A stretch of DNA of 64,000 nt, from contig CBDFGR010000002.1 of the NCBI GenBank assembly GCA_965247115.1, positions 160,001 through 224,000 on the forward strand, given 5' to 3'. Below, in pieces: positions 49,841 to 58,516 of the stretch. The DNA is from Myxococcota bacterium (GTDB lineage Bacteria; Myxococcota_A; UBA9160; SZUA-336). A program made the translations under genes and the position numbers. Under the pieces are notes generated by a model. The model had not been told where the DNA came from and searched no databases. It saw only the letters and a program-made list of their open reading frames with translations. Each line of letters opens with the position of its first letter. Positions within the stretch are counted from its first letter, which is position 1.

Positions 49841-50221
49841 CTAGCGTCGACGCCTGCGGCCCAGGTCGTCGCTCCATTCGTAGTGGTGGAGCGTCCTCCC
49901 CCGTCTCCTCGCCTCCACGCGGGCAGCACGCAGGAACAGCCGTCGTGCTCTGCGGAACTCACCAGCGCGCAACGCCCGCTGCGAGGCGCGACTCAGGCGT
50001 TCCCGCTGCGCGACCAGTCGCCGGTCGCGGCGGTGCTCCGCCCTGGCGACCCGTGGGTACGCGATGTCGGGATGTCCGAGCCTCAGGTGGAAGCTGCCAT
50101 CGCGCGTGGCGCCGATCTGGATGTACGGGGCGCCGTGTTCGGCGGCAGCCTCGCCCGGTGTGGCAGCCGCGCAAAGCAGCACCACGGAGAACAACAGTCC
50201 CGGTCGAATCAATCTACGCAT
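49841..50221 (-). CDS. Hypothetical secreted Arg-rich protein
   Basis: MRRLIRPGLLFSVVLLCAAATPGEAAA signal peptide; fills the gap between the ncRNA and the SDR. Confidence 0.55.
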   Translation of the reverse strand: MRRLIRPGLLFSVVLLCAAATPGEAAAEHGAPYIQIGATRDGSFHLRLGHPDIAYPRVARAEHRRDRRLVAQRERLSRASQRALRAGEFRRARRLFLRAARVEARRRGRTLHHYEWSDDLGRRRRR

Positions 50222-50332
50222 TTCTGTTTCTCCCATCGGAAGCTCGCGAACGTCTCGCGGTCTGTTCGTTCGGACTCCCAGTCCGGGCCGAGCCTTCGAG
50301 GAGCGACGGGCTTTCTGCCACGGCTGCCGCAG

Positions 50333-50356
50333 CTGTTTCATGGCGCGCTGAAACAG
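50333..50356. promoter_or_regulatory. Palindromic putative operator
   Basis: CTGTTTCA-N8-TGAAACAG in a divergent intergenic region. Confidence 0.45.
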
Positions 50357-50387
50357 GCGCTCGAGCCAGTTCAGGTACACTGTAGGA

Positions 50388-51182
50388 GTGAGGCTCGAGG
50401 GCAAGGCTGCGATCGTCGTGGGCGCCGGTCAGACCCCAGGGGAGACGATCGGGAACGGGCGCGCTACTGCCATCCTGTTCGCGCGGGAAGGGGCGCGGGT
50501 CATGCTCGTGGACCGCGACCTCGACTCCGCCAGCGAAACCGAGAAACTGATCCGGGACGAAGGGGGCGAGTGCTTCTGCTTCGAAGCCGACATCACCAGC
50601 GCGTCGAGCTGCGAGGCCATGGCCGCAGCGTGTGTGAAGGAGTACGGGCGAATCGACATCCTCCACAACAACGTGGGCATCGGAGAGGGAGACGCGGGCG
50701 TCACCCGCCTCCGCGAGGAGGCGTGGAACCGCATTCTCGACGTCAACCTGAAGGCAATGTTCCTGAGCTGCAAGCACGTGCTGCCGACGCTGCGGGAGCA
50801 GCGCTCCGGCGCGATCGTGAACATCTCGTCCATCGCCGCGGTGGCCGCTGCTGGAATGGTCGCCTACAAGGTCTCGAAGGCGGGTGTCAACGCTCTCACG
50901 CACGCGATCGCGACTTCCGGAGCCAGGTACGGTATCCGTGCCAACGCGATCATGCCTGGCTTGATGCACACGCCCATGGCGATCGAGGGTCTGCTTCAGG
51001 CGCGCGACATCTCCCGCGAAGAGCTCATCAAGAGCCGCGATGCGCAGGTCCCGCTCGGCGGAAAGATGGGTTCCGCCTGGGACGTTGCGTACGCCGCGCT
51101 CTTCCTGGCGTCCGACGAGGCGCGCTTCATCACGGGCGTGATTCTCCCAGTAGATGGTGGACAGAGTGCCCGGATCGGCTAG
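50388..51182 (+). CDS. Short-chain dehydrogenase/reductase (FabG-like)
   Basis: GNGRATA..FAREGA, ILHNNVG, YKVSKAG, PVDGG. Confidence 0.92.
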   Translation: MRLEGKAAIVVGAGQTPGETIGNGRATAILFAREGARVMLVDRDLDSASETEKLIRDEGGECFCFEADITSASSCEAMAAACVKEYGRIDILHNNVGIGEGDAGVTRLREEAWNRILDVNLKAMFLSCKHVLPTLREQRSGAIVNISSIAAVAAAGMVAYKVSKAGVNALTHAIATSGARYGIRANAIMPGLMHTPMAIEGLLQARDISREELIKSRDAQVPLGGKMGSAWDVAYAALFLASDEARFITGVILPVDGGQSARIG

Positions 51183-51242
51183 ATCGAACTCTTCCCGGCG
51201 AGAGTTCGCAGCATTTTCCGCTGAGTCCTCGGAGGGGGCGGC

Positions 51243-52016
51243 GTGATCTATCTCGAGGCTGAGAACGATCGAGGAGTGGCAGCGGTTCGACCCTGGATCG
51301 AAGCGGCGGAGCGCGTGGTCGTGTTGACGGGCGCCGGTATCTCGACCGACTCCGGCATCCCCGATTTCCGCGGGCCCCAGGGCGTGTGGACCAAGAACCC
51401 GGGCGCGGAGCGGATGGCCACCCTCCAGAACTACATGGCAGAGCCCGAGATGCGAAAGCAGAGCTGGCAGAACCAAGCCGCCGGCGCGAAGCGCGGGGCG
51501 AAAGCCAACGCTGGACACATCGCGCTGGTCGAGCTCGAGCGTCGGGGGAAGCTCCTGGCGTTGATCACCCAGAACGTGGACGGCCTCCATCAGGACGCCG
51601 GAATTTCGGAGTCGCGGATGATCGAGATCCACGGCACGATTCACGCCTTCACGTGCATGAGCTGCGGCGAGCAAGGGCCGATCGAGCGCGTGCTCGAGCG
51701 CGTCCGGGCCGGCGAAGCCGATCCTGCCTGCCGGACCTGCGGCGGCATCTTGAAGTCCGCCACGATCTCGTTCGGGCAGAGCCTGGTCCCCGAGGATCTG
51801 ACGCGCTCGGAGCGCGTGGCCCAGAGCTGTGACCTGCTGCTGGCGATCGGGTCGACCCTCTCCGTCTACCCGGCCGCCGGGGTCGTACCGATTGCGAAGC
51901 GATCGGGTGCCAGGGTCGTGATCCTAAACGCCGAGCCGACGGAGATGGATCACCTCGCCGACGCGGTGATTCGAGGCTCGATCGGCGACGTCCTGCCGCG
52001 CCTCACCGGGGCCTAG
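51243..52016 (+). CDS. Sirtuin NAD-dependent deacylase (CobB-like)
   Basis: TGAGISTDSGIPDFRG, TQNVDGLH, IHG, CxxC..CxxC zinc site, GSTL.VYPAA. Confidence 0.92.
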   Translation: MIYLEAENDRGVAAVRPWIEAAERVVVLTGAGISTDSGIPDFRGPQGVWTKNPGAERMATLQNYMAEPEMRKQSWQNQAAGAKRGAKANAGHIALVELERRGKLLALITQNVDGLHQDAGISESRMIEIHGTIHAFTCMSCGEQGPIERVLERVRAGEADPACRTCGGILKSATISFGQSLVPEDLTRSERVAQSCDLLLAIGSTLSVYPAAGVVPIAKRSGARVVILNAEPTEMDHLADAVIRGSIGDVLPRLTGA

Positions 52017-52029
52017 CTCGTGACCGCCT

Positions 52030-52072
52030 GGCGCCCGTCGCTGGGGCTACGGCCCGGAGCGAGACGGGTGCC
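52030..52072. terminator. GC-rich hairpin between convergent genes
   Basis: GGCGCCCGTC..GGGC-TACG-GCCC..GACGGGTGCC. Confidence 0.45.
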
Positions 52073-52837
52073 TCAGAGCCAGGCCGCGTACGCCTCCAGG
52101 AAAGCCTCGTGCCCACCGCTCTCGATCGGGGCTCCGTGAGCGACCAGGATGCGGTCGAAGTCCCAGGCGGCGATCCTGCGCAGCGACGCGCGGACCAGCT
52201 CGGGATCGCGACGCAGGATCGAGCGCATGATGCGCGAGGGACCGAAGCGCCCGCTCGCATCCGCGACCACGCCCCAGAACAGCCTGTCCCACCGACGCGG
52301 CAGGTCGAGCAGATGGAAGCCGAGGTCCGCGAGCAGCAGGGTTCCGCTCGCCCGGTGCAGGAAGGCGACCTCGCAGTAGCCGCCGATCGGCCCGATCACC
52401 TGCTGGTCGAGCTCCTTCGACCAACCGCCGACCCGGTCTCGCTCGAGCTCACCGGCCAGGCGGAGCTCTGCGCACTTCTTCCCGACGCCAGGCGCCCCCC
52501 AGAGCTCGGCCCGGGGGTAGGCAGCGACGAAGTCGGCCAGAAACAAGTAGTGGTAGGTGTTCGGCGCAACGACGAAGCGCACCGCTCCCAGCTGGTCGAG
52601 CCCGTCGCGCAACCCGGGCGTGAGCGGCAGCGGCGACCACACGAACAGGCTGCGATCGCAGAGCGGCACGATCACCATGCGCGCCGGGATCCGTGCGCCC
52701 GGAGGCACGCGTAGGGTCCGTTCCTGGTACCACAGCCCGTCTCCGAACAGGCGCACGCGTGCGTCCGCGGGACCGAGCAACGTCGGCCGGGTGAGCGCGA
52801 GCAGCCGCTCTACCAGACCGGGACGAGGGTCCGCCAT
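52073..52837 (-). CDS. DUF4336 family protein
   Basis: RMVIV.L....LFVWSP, VVAPN.YHYLF, EVAFLH..S.TL..AD, WDFDRI..AHG. Confidence 0.85.
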   Translation of the reverse strand: MADPRPGLVERLLALTRPTLLGPADARVRLFGDGLWYQERTLRVPPGARIPARMVIVPLCDRSLFVWSPLPLTPGLRDGLDQLGAVRFVVAPNTYHYLFLADFVAAYPRAELWGAPGVGKKCAELRLAGELERDRVGGWSKELDQQVIGPIGGYCEVAFLHRASGTLLLADLGFHLLDLPRRWDRLFWGVVADASGRFGPSRIMRSILRRDPELVRASLRRIAAWDFDRILVAHGAPIESGGHEAFLEAYAAWL

Positions 52838-52874
52838 GCACAGAGCATACTCCGTGGAGCTGCGAGGCTCGGGC

Positions 52875-53486
52875 TCAGGCGTCGCGGATGATCGCGATCA
52901 GCCGGCCGCGGACCTGGTCGACCTCAGCGATGCGCAACGCAACGCCGGGTGGATCCTGATTCAGCTTGACGACCGTGCCGCTGCACTCGATCTGACCGTG
53001 GGGCGGTGGGAGAATCAATGGGACTACGACCTCGCTGTCCAGCTCCGGCTCCTCCGGCGTCGACACCAGGAGGCCCCCGTACTTGATGTCCCGCTCGTAG
53101 ACCTCCGCGAGATGTGCGGGATCCGAGAGATCGACCCGGAGCCCGGCGCCCGGCGCTGCCACGTCAGGAGACAAGATGCTCTTCACGACCTCGCGGATGC
53201 CGACGAAGCGGAACCCGACCGTGGGCTTGAACATCGAGCGGGCCTGCGGCGGGTAGACCTTGCGGCGTACGACCACGACTTCTGCGAAGAAGCTCGTCTC
53301 GGGCAGGATGATCTCCAGGTGGAAGCGCTGGCCGAGCTGCAGGGTCTTGCTGGTCTCGATCAGCAGGCCCTTGTTGGACACGTTCGTGGTGAAGCCCCGG
53401 CCCTCGAACTCATCGTTCCAGAAGCGCACGTCCAGGCGACGTCTCTGTCGCTGACTGCGGCGGCGTTCGTTTTCTTTGCGCGACAT
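52875..53486 (-). CDS. Tandem PilZ-domain protein
   Basis: ERRRSQR (RxxxR) plus NVSNKG (D/NxSxxG) in domain 1; second domain with DIKYGGLLV. Confidence 0.8.
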   Translation of the reverse strand: MSRKENERRRSQRQRRRLDVRFWNDEFEGRGFTTNVSNKGLLIETSKTLQLGQRFHLEIILPETSFFAEVVVVRRKVYPPQARSMFKPTVGFRFVGIREVVKSILSPDVAAPGAGLRVDLSDPAHLAEVYERDIKYGGLLVSTPEEPELDSEVVVPLILPPPHGQIECSGTVVKLNQDPPGVALRIAEVDQVRGRLIAIIRDA

Positions 53487-53505
53487 GCAACCGGCCCTGC
53501 CGTCC

Positions 53506-53533
53506 TCATCGTCCGGGAGCGGCACCGACTTGA
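53506..53533 (-). promoter_or_regulatory. Sigma28/FliA-like promoter of PilZ gene
   Basis: Minus strand TCAA-N16-GACGATGA, same boxes as the kinase promoter. Confidence 0.55.
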
Positions 53534-53573
53534 CAGGAAAGCCCGGCCTCACGGCGCCAGCCGCGTCACCCAG

Positions 53574-54602
53574 TCAGGGACAGATGCTGACCTTGAGCGC
53601 CCCGGACCTCTTGTCCGACGCGATCGCGAAGGCGCGGTCCACCTCGGAAAGGGGGAGCTGATGCGTGGTCAGGTGCGCGAGGGACTCGCGCTCGGTGTCC
53701 ACGAGCCCGGCGGCAGTCTCAAAGTCCGCCTGTCCACCGATCGGGCGGTGGTAGCAGTTCGACCAGCACAGATCGAGCTCCTTTGACAGGGCCTGTAGCG
53801 GATCCAGGGGCGGCGCATCCACGAACACACCCAGCACGCTGACGACGCCGCCCGGTCGCGCTGCGGCGCAGGCGGCTGCGAGGGTGTCCGCATGGCCGCC
53901 GACAGTCTCGACCACGAGATCGAAGGCCGCGCTGCGCCCCAGTCCCTCGAGCTGGCCCAGACTGGCTTCCTCCTCGGTCAGGACGCGCTTGGCGCCAAGC
54001 GATTTGGCCGCCTCCGCCTGCTGCGCGTAGCGCGCGGTCATCCACACCTCGGATGCGCCGAGCGCTCGCGCGCACAGCAGTGTCACCTGCCCGATCGCCC
54101 CGGCCCCCAGCACGAGGATCCGTTGGCCGGACTCGAAGCCGCCGCGCGCAAGGCCGTGGACCGAGACCGCGATGGGCTCCGCAAGCGCCGCGACCTCAGG
54201 GCGGAGATCTGCAGCGACGGGGTAGACGCGATGCTCCGGGACCGCGATGTACTCGGCGAGCCCGCCGTCCAGATGCCAGCCGTACAGCTGCACGTCCCGG
54301 CAGATGGAGTCGCGGCCCGAACGACAGTACTCGCACGCTCCGCAGCTTCGCAGCGGCTCGACGACCACGTGTGTGCCCGGTGCGATCTCGCTGACCCCGC
54401 TCCCGACCGCATCGATGACACCGGCCATCTCGTGGCCGGGCGTGTGGTCGGGGGGCATCTGGTTCGCGTGGTAGCGGTGCAGATCGCTCCCGCAGATGCC
54501 ACAGGCCTCGATGCGGACCCGCACCTGCCCCGCTGAGCACGCCGGTAGGGGAAGGTCTCTCAGCTCGAAGCGCCGCGGCCCCGCCGCGTGTGCCGCGCGC
54601 AT
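53574..54602 (-). CDS. Zn-dependent medium-chain alcohol dehydrogenase
   Basis: CGICGSD, GHE, CGACEYC.......C, GAGAIG. Confidence 0.93.
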   Translation of the reverse strand: MRAAHAAGPRRFELRDLPLPACSAGQVRVRIEACGICGSDLHRYHANQMPPDHTPGHEMAGVIDAVGSGVSEIAPGTHVVVEPLRSCGACEYCRSGRDSICRDVQLYGWHLDGGLAEYIAVPEHRVYPVAADLRPEVAALAEPIAVSVHGLARGGFESGQRILVLGAGAIGQVTLLCARALGASEVWMTARYAQQAEAAKSLGAKRVLTEEEASLGQLEGLGRSAAFDLVVETVGGHADTLAAACAAARPGGVVSVLGVFVDAPPLDPLQALSKELDLCWSNCYHRPIGGQADFETAAGLVDTERESLAHLTTHQLPLSEVDRAFAIASDKRSGALKVSICP

Positions 54603-54616
54603 ACTCGTCCTCCCGC

Positions 54617-55933
54617 TCACGCGTCCCGTCGCAGGAGCGTCTGCGCGCTCTGCGCCTGGTCCCGTCGTTCGGGAAACAAGAGGCGGATCGCCGCTCCGGA
54701 GTCGGGAGTGCTCTCGACTTCGATCCCGCCGCGATGCGAGCGCAGCACGCCGAGAACTGTCGCCAGCCCGAGGCCCCGCCCCTCCGGCTTGGTCGTGAAG
54801 AACGGATCGAAGATCTTCTCCAGCCTCGCCGCATCCATGCCCCGACCGGTGTCCACCACGCAGAGCGTGACGTAGCTTCCTGGGGCGAGCGGGTCGGTGG
54901 TGTAGAGCGAAGGTCCGACCTCCCCTGCGCGAACCTCTCGGGTGCCGGTGGAGAGCGTCACGATTCCACCTTCGGGCCCGATCGCCTCGGCAGCGTTCAA
55001 CAGCAGGTTCATCACCACCTGCTGCATCTGGCCAGGGTCCGCCTCGACGGACGGCAGGTCTGGAGTCAGCTTTGATCGCAGCTCGATCGACGGAGCGATC
55101 GCTCCCTCGAACAGGCCGACGTTCTCCAGGATGAGATCATTCAGGATCAGGTCCCTGTACTCGAACGCCCCCAGGCCGGCGTAGAGGAAGAGCTGTTGCG
55201 CGACCTCGGCCGCCTTTCGTGTAGCCACCGCGGCGCGCTCCAGATTCGGTCGTACCGAAGCCTGCGATCCCAGCTCGTCGAGGCCGAGGGAGATCTGGCC
55301 GAGGATCACGCTGAGCAGGTTGCTGAAGTCGTGGGCTACGCCAGCCGCCATGATCCCGAGACTCTCGACCTTGTCCACCTGCCGGGCCCGCACCGAGCTC
55401 GCTTCGGGTTGGCGGAGCGCAACGATGGCTCCGGACACGCGCAGACCCACGCGGATGGGCACGACAACGTACTGCAGGGAGCTGGACACGCCGTCGGGCC
55501 GCGAGGGCTCGCAGGTACCGGAGCTCGAGCGCCCGTCGCTCAGGATCTGCTCGATCGGAACTCCCGGCAGGGCCTCGGCGCCAGGGCGCCCGGCGAGCTC
55601 CTCCACCCCGCGCCCGAGCAGGCGCCCGGCCGCCGGGCTCACAAAGCTGAGGGTGCCGTCCTCGGCAAGCCCGCAGATCCCCTCGTCGACGGAGTCGAGA
55701 ATCAGGTGCAGCTGGCGCCCGAGCTGCGCGAGCTTCGCCTGAGACGCCTCGCGCTCGGCGATCTCCTTCTCGAGCCGCTCGGTCGCGCGCGCGAGCTCGG
55801 TCTCGCGGTCAGCGATCCGGCGCGAGAGCGCCTCTTCCCCCGTAAGCAACAGCAGCCCCGCTCGACCAAGGCGCCGCCACACCCCGAGCAGTCCGGTGTG
55901 CATGCGTCGGGAGACCTGTCGGATCGCGTTCAC
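54617..55933 (-). CDS. PAS-domain sensor histidine kinase (CckA-like core, no receiver)
   Basis: AGVAHDFSNLL, QVVMNL..NA.EA, DTGRGM, FDPFFTTK..GRGLGLA. Confidence 0.9.
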   Translation of the reverse strand: MNAIRQVSRRMHTGLLGVWRRLGRAGLLLLTGEEALSRRIADRETELARATERLEKEIAEREASQAKLAQLGRQLHLILDSVDEGICGLAEDGTLSFVSPAAGRLLGRGVEELAGRPGAEALPGVPIEQILSDGRSSSGTCEPSRPDGVSSSLQYVVVPIRVGLRVSGAIVALRQPEASSVRARQVDKVESLGIMAAGVAHDFSNLLSVILGQISLGLDELGSQASVRPNLERAAVATRKAAEVAQQLFLYAGLGAFEYRDLILNDLILENVGLFEGAIAPSIELRSKLTPDLPSVEADPGQMQQVVMNLLLNAAEAIGPEGGIVTLSTGTREVRAGEVGPSLYTTDPLAPGSYVTLCVVDTGRGMDAARLEKIFDPFFTTKPEGRGLGLATVLGVLRSHRGGIEVESTPDSGAAIRLLFPERRDQAQSAQTLLRRDA

Positions 55934-55970
55934 GCAGAAGCCACTCCCATGGTGTGCGCTCCCTCAGCTC

Positions 55971-56429
55971 CTAGCCCGATCTCGCCCCCGACTCGAAGCG
56001 GTAGAACGCAAAGTCGGGGATCTGGTCGCTTCGGGGTGCCTGCGCCCCTGGACGGAACTTTGCCGCGAACGAGACGAGGATTGCATCTCGCTCCCAGGAG
56101 TTGACCCGCTCGACGTAGCCCGGATAGATGCTTCCTGCGATCTTGAGACGAACGTTCGGGTTCTGGCGCACGAACTCCGGCCACTTCTTTGTCGACACGT
56201 TGAACGACGGCAGGTACAGCCCCCCCTCATGCATGAAGCAGACGACCGTGATGGAGTGCGGAAAGCCAGGGCGCGTCTCCAGCGCTACGGTCGTGACACC
56301 TGCGGTGAAGCTCCAGTCCGCGACGGGCTCGGTCACGACCTCTCCGTAGAGTCGTCCGCCGGGGATGCGCCAGACAGGCTCGCACGCCGTTAGCACGAGC
56401 AACGAGCCGAGAACGAGCAGTCGGATCAA
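55971..56429 (-). CDS. Hypothetical lipoprotein (possible split-barrel/DUF2255-like)
   Basis: Lipobox LVLTAC; KKW...VRQNPNVRLKI pattern. Confidence 0.6.
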   Translation of the reverse strand: MIRLLVLGSLLVLTACEPVWRIPGGRLYGEVVTEPVADWSFTAGVTTVALETRPGFPHSITVVCFMHEGGLYLPSFNVSTKKWPEFVRQNPNVRLKIAGSIYPGYVERVNSWERDAILVSFAAKFRPGAQAPRSDQIPDFAFYRFESGARSG

Positions 56430-56450
56430 GGCGTGGTCCCCTCGGCCCGG

Positions 56451-57248
56451 CTACAGCGGGCGCGGAATACGACCCAGCTCGTCGAGCAGAGGCTGACTGT
56501 ACGCGATGCGGCCCGTCAGCTCTGCCGGATCCCCGCTGCAGAGCGCCAGTCCCGCTTCCGCCATTACTTCCGGAGCCTCGAGTCGCTCCTTCGGGAGGCC
56601 CTCGTCCAGGCGGTGGTACTTGGCGCCAGGGGTCACGACCAGCCCGTTCGGCGACAGCGCGTTCACGGCAATGCCTGCACCATAGAGCTCCGCCGCGAGA
56701 CCGCTGCTGAAGCGTTCGATCGCGGCCTTGACCATCCCGTACACGGTGCCGTGGAAGACTCCCCCCGTGTAGGGTCGCTCTGGGTGGCGGGCCGCGCCCG
56801 ACGAGATATTGAGGATCCAGCCCGCCCCGCGCTCGCGCATCGCCGGGATCACACGCTGTGCGAGATCCACCGGTGCCATCACCTGCACCTCGAACATCAG
56901 GTCCGCGCGGCGACGCGGGAAGGTGGCCATCTCGAGGAAGTAGGTAACTGCCGCGTTGTTGACGAGGATGTCGGGATCGCCTGCCTGCTGACGAACCTCC
57001 GCCAGCAGCCGCTCGCGATCCTCTGGCTTGTTCAGATCCGCCGCGATGGGGATGGCCTTGCCGCCCGCGTTCTCGATCAGGGATGCGGTCTCGTGAATCG
57101 TGCCCTCGAGCGGGCTCTGACCGCTCTGCGTCGTTCGTGCGGTCAGCGCCACCGTCGCGCCTTCTCCCGCAAAGCGTCGTGCGATGTCCGCACCGATTCC
57201 CCGACTCGCACCCGTGACGACCGCGATCTTTCCGTCCAGTACGCCCAT
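56451..57248 (-). CDS. Short-chain dehydrogenase/reductase
   Basis: VTGASRGIG, LVNNAA, YGMVK. Confidence 0.92.
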   Translation of the reverse strand: MGVLDGKIAVVTGASRGIGADIARRFAGEGATVALTARTTQSGQSPLEGTIHETASLIENAGGKAIPIAADLNKPEDRERLLAEVRQQAGDPDILVNNAAVTYFLEMATFPRRRADLMFEVQVMAPVDLAQRVIPAMRERGAGWILNISSGAARHPERPYTGGVFHGTVYGMVKAAIERFSSGLAAELYGAGIAVNALSPNGLVVTPGAKYHRLDEGLPKERLEAPEVMAEAGLALCSGDPAELTGRIAYSQPLLDELGRIPRPL

Positions 57249-57308
57249 GACTACCTCCGTCGAGGGGACAGTCTACGGGATCGGCGCGACGCGTGTCTCG
57301 AGCGCTCC

Positions 57309-58403
57309 CTACCCGTCGAAACGCTCCGTTCCGTCGGCCCAGGTCGGCGGCGGCGGGGAATCGAGCCGGTCGAGGACCGCGCGTTCGCTGAAGCTCATGC
57401 GACTGCGCACACGAAGCGCGCCTTCGCCTTCCCCGTACCGGACAGAGATCTCGTCCTCCATCACGACCCGGTAGGGCTGGCCCGTCGCCATGTCCAGCCA
57501 GACTTCCCCGTTCAGCTCGCCCTCGACGCGATCCAGCTCGACGCCAAGCGTCGTCGAATAGTCCGTCGCGTCGATCGAAGCACGCAGCTGGATCCTCGCA
57601 CACTGGACGCCGTTGAGCTCCTCGTACGCGATCAAGCGCTCTTCCACGTCGAGCACCAGGCCCAGCTTGCCGAGCGGGCTCGCCGGAATCCGCCGCACTT
57701 GCCAGGTCGTACCTGGCGAGACCTCGCCCGGCGGAAAGGACGGGAGCGCGTAGCGCAGCGCGGGTTGTAGCATGAGCATTTTGAGCAGAGGCCGGGCCTC
57801 GCGACGTCCCCGGACGTCGATGCTGAGCGGAGTTCCGAGCCTGTCACTCCGCATGGTCGCGAACGGGCGACCCAGCAGCACCTCGGGCCCGATCTGTCCG
57901 CGGCGCTGGTTCCGCACGTCCAGCTGCGGCTCATCGTTGAGCATCATGCGCACGCGCTCGTCCGCGATCTCGATCAGGCTCTTGCTCGGACCTCGGGAGT
58001 TCAAGACCTCCTGCTTGAGTGCGGCCATGACCAGGATCGAGGCAATCTCGTTCTCCGTGTTCGAGTCCGTGGTCCGCTGCAGGTAGTGGAGCTCGAGCGT
58101 CAGATCCTCGACCGAGCGCTGGGGCTCGCTCAGGGCGGCCCCGCCGCTTACCATCGTGTAGCCCGAGAACTCGAGCTGGAGGCGATACAGCGTGCCCTCC
58201 CGCCCAGGCGCCTTGTACCGGATCTCGACCGGCCCCTCGGGTGGGAAAGGCACCATGCGGGCTCGGGGAGGCGGCAGCGGAGGCGTTGTCATCGGAGGGG
58301 GCCCATCGCCGGAGCCCCCACACGCGACGGCGACGAAGAGCAGCACTGCGAGGAGCGGCAGCGTGCATTGGCCGGGATCGAAGTCTGCGGTCTGTCGTGT
58401 CAC
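57309..58403 (-). CDS. Hypothetical beta-rich lipoprotein
   Basis: LLAVLLFVAVAC lipobox, Pro-rich linker, globular beta-rich region; the real gene is the 3' part of the long computed ORF; start uncertain. Confidence 0.6.
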   Translation of the reverse strand: MTRQTADFDPGQCTLPLLAVLLFVAVACGGSGDGPPPMTTPPLPPPRARMVPFPPEGPVEIRYKAPGREGTLYRLQLEFSGYTMVSGGAALSEPQRSVEDLTLELHYLQRTTDSNTENEIASILVMAALKQEVLNSRGPSKSLIEIADERVRMMLNDEPQLDVRNQRRGQIGPEVLLGRPFATMRSDRLGTPLSIDVRGRREARPLLKMLMLQPALRYALPSFPPGEVSPGTTWQVRRIPASPLGKLGLVLDVEERLIAYEELNGVQCARIQLRASIDATDYSTTLGVELDRVEGELNGEVWLDMATGQPYRVVMEDEISVRYGEGEGALRVRSRMSFSERAVLDRLDSPPPPTWADGTERFDG

Positions 58404-58516
58404 GGGTCGGCGGCAAGATAGCGAAGCGTTGCGCGAGTGGGTGTCTCGAACAGCAGATTCTGGCCGGAAGCGCAGCGCGGGGGGCAGCCTCACGCGGGGC
58501 TGCGCGCGTTGGGGGA

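Noticed and set aside
51243..52016. Sir2 protein as Thoeris/DSR defence NADase
   Set aside because: Canonical single-domain sirtuin with zinc finger; no TIR, HerA or pAgo partner
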